From positions 33,675 to 97,674 of the forward strand of contig JBAZLV010000004.1 of NCBI GenBank assembly GCA_041650055.1: 64,000 bases of DNA, in the 5' to 3' direction. The DNA comes from Nitrospirota bacterium (GTDB lineage Bacteria; Nitrospirota; UBA9217). The notes beneath the pieces were generated by a model that was not told the DNA's origin, did not search any database, and was given only the letters and a program-made list of their open reading frames with translations. Numbering within the stretch: the stretch's first letter is position 1; each line of letters starts with the position of its first letter. The position numbers and the translations under genes are program-made. Shown here one piece after another: positions 59,308 to 64,000 of the stretch.

Positions 59308-59919
59308 TTAGGCGCTTGGCTTTTGCTTCTTGCGTTTATGGTTCCATATATAAGCGGCTGCAATACCTACACTAAGCAATACTGCCCCGATCAGCGCCTG
59401 ATGAGAATACTGCATGATCAAGTCTCTGTTTGCACCGATAAAATACCCGATATACGATAATACCGTAACCCAAAGTCCTGCTCCAAATAATGTATAGAGC
59501 GTAAATTTTACATGGTTCATTCCTGCTAGCCCCGCAGGAAGCGATATCAAATGCCGAACCACTGGCAAAAGCCTGCCGATAAAGGTGGATACTTCGCCGT
59601 GATTTTTAAAAAAGGTTTCTACTTTCTCAAACTTCTCTTCTGTAATCCAAACGTATTTTCCGTATTTGAGCAAGAGCGGTCTCCCCAAGTACCGTGCGAC
59701 AAAATAGTTTGCATACGCGCCTACAAGACTTCCCACCGTCCCGCACAGAATCACGATTGCCATGTTCATCTGGCCTTGTTGGGCAAGATAGCCTGCCGGC
59801 GGCATCACGATTTCGCTTGGAATGGGAATAATCGAGCTTTCCATTGCCATCAAGAGGAAAATACCGGGATATCCGAGTGCCCCGATTGTTGCTACCAACC
59901 ATTCAATGATTTCATGCAT
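59308..59919 (-). CDS. DedA-family membrane protein.
   Basis: 'GYPGIFLLMAMESSIIPIPSE...ARYLGRPLL' DedA/SNARE-associated motif. Confidence 0.75.
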   Translation of the reverse strand: MHEIIEWLVATIGALGYPGIFLLMAMESSIIPIPSEIVMPPAGYLAQQGQMNMAIVILCGTVGSLVGAYANYFVARYLGRPLLLKYGKYVWITEEKFEKVETFFKNHGEVSTFIGRLLPVVRHLISLPAGLAGMNHVKFTLYTLFGAGLWVTVLSYIGYFIGANRDLIMQYSHQALIGAVLLSVGIAAAYIWNHKRKKQKPSA

Positions 59920-59952
59920 TGATGCACTCCGTAAATAAATTTCAAATAACAA

Positions 59953-60060
59953 AGCTCAAATATCAAATAAAGTTCTCATCATCAAATCACAATATTGAAA
60001 CGCTTGATAATTTGAAATCGTTATTTATTTGTGATTTGCAATTTATTATTTGATACTTGC
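59953..60060. repeat. AT-rich spacer element with a 10-bp inverted repeat (CAAATCACAA / TTGTGATTTG) and ATTTGAAAT motifs.
   Basis: Same AT-rich TCAAAT-motif family as 20198, 35287 and 62702. Confidence 0.35.
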
Positions 60061-60957
60061 TTATTCTGTTATTATTCCAATATTCTTCAGCATCCGCTCG
60101 TCTTCGCGCCATCCCTTTTTCACCTTCACGAGCAGCTGAAGAAAAATTTTTGTGCCAAGCATTTTTTCAGCATCCTGTCGTGCAAGCGTACCGATTTGCT
60201 TCAGCATTCCGCCGCCTTTTCCGATAAGAATGCCTTTTTGGGAGTCCCGCTCCACATAAATAGTGGCCGTAATCCGGACGATCTTCGGCTCTTCCTTCAT
60301 TTCTTCGATAACCACTGCCGTGGAATACGGGATCTCTTCTTTCGTTAACCCGAATATTTTTTCCCGGATTATTTCTGATACGATAAATCGTTCCGGCTGA
60401 TCTGTCAGCTGGTCTTCCGGAAAATAATGCGGACCTTCAGGCATCTGCTGAAGAATCCTTTCCACAAGTCCTCCCAGATCGCCTTGCAATGCGGAAACAG
60501 GAATAATTTCGGCAAATGGATACAGGGTTGCATATTCCTGGATAAGAGGCAAGAGCATTTCTTTTTTGACAAGGTCTGTTTTATTAATAAGAAGAAATAC
60601 GGGTTTTTGTATCCGGGCAAGTGTTTCTATGATGAATTTATCTCCTGCTCCGGGCCGACTGGTAGCTTCAACGAGCATAAGAATAAGGTCAACATCCGGG
60701 TATGTTGCAAGCGCGGTCTTGACCATGAACTCGTTCATTTTATGGATTGGTTTATGGATGCCCGGAGTGTCGAGAAAAACCATTTGGGCATTCTGCCGGT
60801 TTACGATACCAAGAATCCGGTTTCGGGTCGTCTGGGGTTTATCCGAAATAATTGCGATTTTCTCTCCTAAAAGCGAATTTAAAAGGGTCGATTTTCCAAC
60901 ATTCGGTCTGCCGATGATGGAAATGAAGCCGGATTTGAACAATTTCTTGTTTGTCAT
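60061..60957 (-). CDS. era: GTPase Era.
   Basis: G1 'IIGRPNVGKSTLLN', G3 'DTPG', G4 'NKTD', and a C-terminal KH domain. Confidence 0.9.
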   Translation of the reverse strand: MTNKKLFKSGFISIIGRPNVGKSTLLNSLLGEKIAIISDKPQTTRNRILGIVNRQNAQMVFLDTPGIHKPIHKMNEFMVKTALATYPDVDLILMLVEATSRPGAGDKFIIETLARIQKPVFLLINKTDLVKKEMLLPLIQEYATLYPFAEIIPVSALQGDLGGLVERILQQMPEGPHYFPEDQLTDQPERFIVSEIIREKIFGLTKEEIPYSTAVVIEEMKEEPKIVRITATIYVERDSQKGILIGKGGGMLKQIGTLARQDAEKMLGTKIFLQLLVKVKKGWREDERMLKNIGIITE

Positions 60958-61115
60958 GCCGGTAGAATACCTGAATTCACTGCAGGGTGCAATAGATTTT
61001 GAATACGCATTCCAATAGGTACTCACTAATTCAGGAAAATCTCTTTAAAGTTTATAAAGAGCATGCCGATAAGAAAACCATACATCTTACTATAGGTAAC
61101 GGGAGGGAATGAGGG

Positions 61116-61538
61116 ATGGAAAAGGTCATAAGTGAAGGCATTCAGCATGAAATTGTTAAAACCTATTATTTGGAAGGCATTCAAAAAAACAGCGATATTC
61201 CTGTTTGCATCCTGATTATCAAGGAAACCGCAGAAGGACAGGCCTATATCGAAAACAAGGTCTGGAACAGGGACGAAGTGGTCGATATCACTCCCGAAGG
61301 ATCCCAGGAAGTAAAGATTATGTTCCCGTCGCTCCGGGTTGCCATAGCCAGGGGATCAAAAAGAATCCTTACAGCCTATCCTGATTCGACTATTTTAAGT
61401 GATGTTCGAGGCGGCAAAAAAGCGGTCATGGTTGAATCCACAGGCAGCAGCAGAACCGAAAACAATCTTTCTTTATGTGAAGTGAATGAAGGGATCAATT
61501 ACACAAATTACGGAGAATTTGCTCAATCCCAAATTTGA
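61116..61538 (+). CDS. Hypothetical protein.
   Basis: 140-aa ORF with a GGGAGGGAATGAGGG RBS. No motif recognised. Confidence 0.35.
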   Translation: MEKVISEGIQHEIVKTYYLEGIQKNSDIPVCILIIKETAEGQAYIENKVWNRDEVVDITPEGSQEVKIMFPSLRVAIARGSKRILTAYPDSTILSDVRGGKKAVMVESTGSSRTENNLSLCEVNEGINYTNYGEFAQSQI

Positions 61539-61705
61539 GGGGACCTGTAGAAAAGGATGCATGTAGCATCTTCTGACGAACTGATTTTTTTCAGTCATGC
61601 TCCCCTCGTTCTTCTCTTCAAACACATCCCAAAGCAATACCCAATCGGATAGCTGCAACAAATTACATTGACAATGCCATACCCTTATCGGTATTATCTT
61701 TAGCT

Positions 61706-62701
61706 ATGCAAACCAAATCCGGGCCTCGTGAACTCATTGAGAAAATAGTCTCTCTTAAAAAAGCACGCAATGCAGTAATCCTCGTGCATAATTATCAGCG
61801 GCCTGAAGTTCAGGACATCGCAGACATCACAGGTGACTCCCTTGAACTTTCAAGGGCAGCTGCAAAAACGGATAATCCGGTCATTGTCTTCTGCGGTGTC
61901 CATTTCATGGCGGAAAGTGCTTCCATCCTTTCTCCGGACAAAACAGTGCTGTTGCCTGAGGTAAGCGCAGGCTGTCCCATGGCTGACATGGTTACAGTAA
62001 CCGGCAGACGCGAAACCAACCGCAAACTTTTCTCTGAACTGTTCGGTATTTCATTTGAGTTCGCCGACGAATTCACCCTTCTTGACATGAAAAAGAAATA
62101 TCCCGGAGTGCCGGTGGTAGCCTACGTGAACACGTCAGCTGCGGTCAAAGCTGAAAGCGACATCTGCTGCACATCATCGAATGTCGTAAACGTTATTCAG
62201 TCCCTTCCGGAAGACACGGTGATCTGCATTCCGGACCGGAATCTTTCCACGTATGCAGCAAAACGAACCGGGAAAAAAATCATTTCCTGGGACGGATTCT
62301 GTAATGTGCATCATGCGCAGATCACTATTGAGGATGTAAAGCAAGCTCGCAAGGAACACCCGGATGCCGTGCTGGTCGTGCATCCTGAATGTTCTCCGGA
62401 AATACAGGACATTGCTGATTCTATTACCAGTACTTCAGGCATGCTGCGCTATTGCAAGGAAGCGAATCATCAGGAATTTCTTATCGGAACTGAAACAGGC
62501 ATCTTGCACAAACTCACCCAGGAAAATCCCACGAAGAAATTTTATCCGGTTTCCAGAAAAATGGTCTGCCCGAACATGAAAAAAACAACCTTGGAAAGCG
62601 TCGTCCGCTCGCTGGAAAAGATGGAACATGTAGTGAAGGTCCCTGAGGACATCCGAATTCGGGCCAAACGAGCACTTGATAGAATGTTGGAAGTAAAATA
62701 A
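61706..62701 (+). CDS. nadA: Quinolinate synthase.
   Basis: '[26 protein letters not shown]' and the three-Cys [4Fe-4S] ligand pattern. Confidence 0.85.
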   Translation: MQTKSGPRELIEKIVSLKKARNAVILVHNYQRPEVQDIADITGDSLELSRAAAKTDNPVIVFCGVHFMAESASILSPDKTVLLPEVSAGCPMADMVTVTGRRETNRKLFSELFGISFEFADEFTLLDMKKKYPGVPVVAYVNTSAAVKAESDICCTSSNVVNVIQSLPEDTVICIPDRNLSTYAAKRTGKKIISWDGFCNVHHAQITIEDVKQARKEHPDAVLVVHPECSPEIQDIADSITSTSGMLRYCKEANHQEFLIGTETGILHKLTQENPTKKFYPVSRKMVCPNMKKTTLESVVRSLEKMEHVVKVPEDIRIRAKRALDRMLEVK

Positions 62702-62750
62702 AGCCAAATTACAAAATCCAAGTTCAAAGTAACATAGTTATCAGAATCTT

Positions 62751-62825
62751 CGTCATTCCCGTGACAACGGGAATCTAGTGGTTATTGTTACTTATCTCTG
62801 GATACCCGCATTCGCGGGTATGACG
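62751..62825. repeat. Two inverted copies of a ~25-bp palindromic REP-like element (CGTCATTCCCG-tgacaa-CGGGAATC and GATACCCGC-attc-GCGGGTATGACG).
   Basis: Read directly. The second copy is translated as '...IPAFAGMT' in the ORF-track N-terminus of rmuC. Third family member at 9548. Confidence 0.5.
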
Positions 62826-62837
62826 TCTTTTACTATT

Positions 62838-63938
62838 ATGGAACTAGCCATTCTCATACTCCTTGCAGCCATTGTGTTGATCCTCCTTTGGATACTTATT
62901 CAATCTCAGAAAAAAACTGCTGATCCCACCCTCTCCCTGATGCAACAGGAAGTACAGTCTCTTCGCGGGCAGCTGGCGGAAACCATGCTCAAGAACCAGG
63001 ACACCGTAAATCTCCAGCTTGCTCAAATCATGCAGCAGGTAAATGCACAGCTTGGCCAGGTTGCCCAACAACTCCAAAAATCCACAGGAGACCTGAATAC
63101 ACGTCTTGATAATGCCGCTCGAGTTGTTCAAGATGTAAGCAAAGGGCTCGGCTGCCTGAGCGAAGCTACCAAACAAATCTTTGAAGTAGGCAAGGATATC
63201 TCAAGTCTCCAGGAAATCCTCCGGTCGCCAAAGCTGCGCGGCGGCCTGGGAGAACTTTTTTTGGGCGATTTGCTTTCCCAGATATTTCCTCCGGCATATT
63301 TTAACCTCCAGCATAAGTTTAAGAGCGGGGAAACTGTGGACGCGGTTATCCGGCTGGGACAGGGGCTCGTTCCGGTTGATGCAAAATTTCCTTTGGAAAA
63401 TTTTAAACGAATCATGGAAACAACCGCAGAGGATGAGCGCACTGCAGCACGAAAAAAGTTTATTGCTGATGTCAAAAAGCATATCGATGCCATTTGCAGC
63501 AAGTATATTCTGCCTGATGAGGGGACGTTCGATTTCGCGCTGATGTATATTCCGGCTGAGAATGTCTATTATGAACTCATAATCCGCGATGAAGCAGTAG
63601 ACACGGATAAAGCGCTTTTAAATTATGCGTTCACCAAACGGGTGATTCCTGTTTCGCCAAACAGTTTTTATGCCTATCTCCAGACGATCCTTCTGGGTCT
63701 CAAGGGAATGCATGTAGAAGAAGAAGCGCAGGCCATTCTCAAAAATCTTACACGGCTTGCCGGGGACTTTGAACGATTTAAGACGGAATTTGAATTAGTG
63801 GGAAAACATCTGGCAAATACAAAAGCACGATATGAAGAAGCAGACAAACGGCTTGAAAAGTTCAATGATCGGCTTCAGTCAATCAGCAGTACAGACAAAT
63901 GCGAGTTGATTGAAGAGACAAGAAAGCTTCCGTTATAG
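62838..63938 (+). CDS. rmuC: DNA recombination protein RmuC.
   Basis: N-terminal TM helix plus a long coiled coil, and a C-terminal RmuC nuclease-like 'ALMYIPAENVYYEL' region. Start placed at MELAIL, downstream of the REP element. Confidence 0.75.
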   Translation: MELAILILLAAIVLILLWILIQSQKKTADPTLSLMQQEVQSLRGQLAETMLKNQDTVNLQLAQIMQQVNAQLGQVAQQLQKSTGDLNTRLDNAARVVQDVSKGLGCLSEATKQIFEVGKDISSLQEILRSPKLRGGLGELFLGDLLSQIFPPAYFNLQHKFKSGETVDAVIRLGQGLVPVDAKFPLENFKRIMETTAEDERTAARKKFIADVKKHIDAICSKYILPDEGTFDFALMYIPAENVYYELIIRDEAVDTDKALLNYAFTKRVIPVSPNSFYAYLQTILLGLKGMHVEEEAQAILKNLTRLAGDFERFKTEFELVGKHLANTKARYEEADKRLEKFNDRLQSISSTDKCELIEETRKLPL

Positions 63939-64000
63939 GATAAAAACTAAGGAACCACGGGTAAACACTGCCAAAACGCATAGACAAACAGAGAATGAAC

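Noticed and set aside
62778-62837. N-terminal 20 aa of the ORF-track rmuC ('MVIVTYLWIPAFAGMTSFTI').
   Set aside because: It is a translation of the REP-like palindrome. The real start is more likely the downstream MELAIL preceding the TM helix.

Overview
This is a 64-kb chromosomal segment from a diderm (Gram-negative-type) bacterium with roughly 50% GC. The diderm call rests on SecDF-YajC, Lnt, an LPS heptosyltransferase, a TonB-family protein and a CsgG-like lipoprotein. Coding density is high, and most genes are housekeeping or transport: thrC and a trans-sulfuration PLP enzyme; a fur-feoB-dtxR/feoA iron operon; pstSCAB-phoU plus psiE behind duplicated Pho-box promoters; secDF-yajC-tgt-argS; ubiX, hflX, lnt, recO, era, nadA, rmuC, queD and a TldD/PmbA peptidase. 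Five regions deserve a second look. First, an AT-rich island of about 3.5 kb (55.3-58.8 kb) carries a single 827-aa ORF with two N-terminal nucleoside-2-deoxyribosyltransferase/TIR-like domains, a Walker-A P-loop NTPase core and a helical C-terminus; it is a candidate undescribed defence protein. Second, a seven-gene minus-strand envelope cluster (5.8-13.1 kb) encodes a FecR-like protein, a CsgG-like pore lipoprotein, a DUF799-like lipoprotein, two paralogous LPP20/FlgP-like proteins, a secreted transglutaminase-like protein and a TPR/SLH-like lipoprotein. Third, a three-gene cassette (zinc-ribbon ThrC-like, ornithine-cyclodeaminase-like, DSD1/D-Thr-aldolase-like) sits between two inverted paralogous DAACS symporters. 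Fourth, a tandem two-domain Hfq is followed by a third Hfq gene. Fifth, a lysine-rich histone-H1-like protein has a C-terminal beta-barrel. Several terminators, a nested attenuator-like hairpin upstream of the TonB-family gene, REP-like palindromes and a family of AT-rich inverted-repeat spacers are also annotated. All calls come from reading the translations and nucleotide patterns by eye, with no database search; manually derived coordinates may be off by 1-2 nt.
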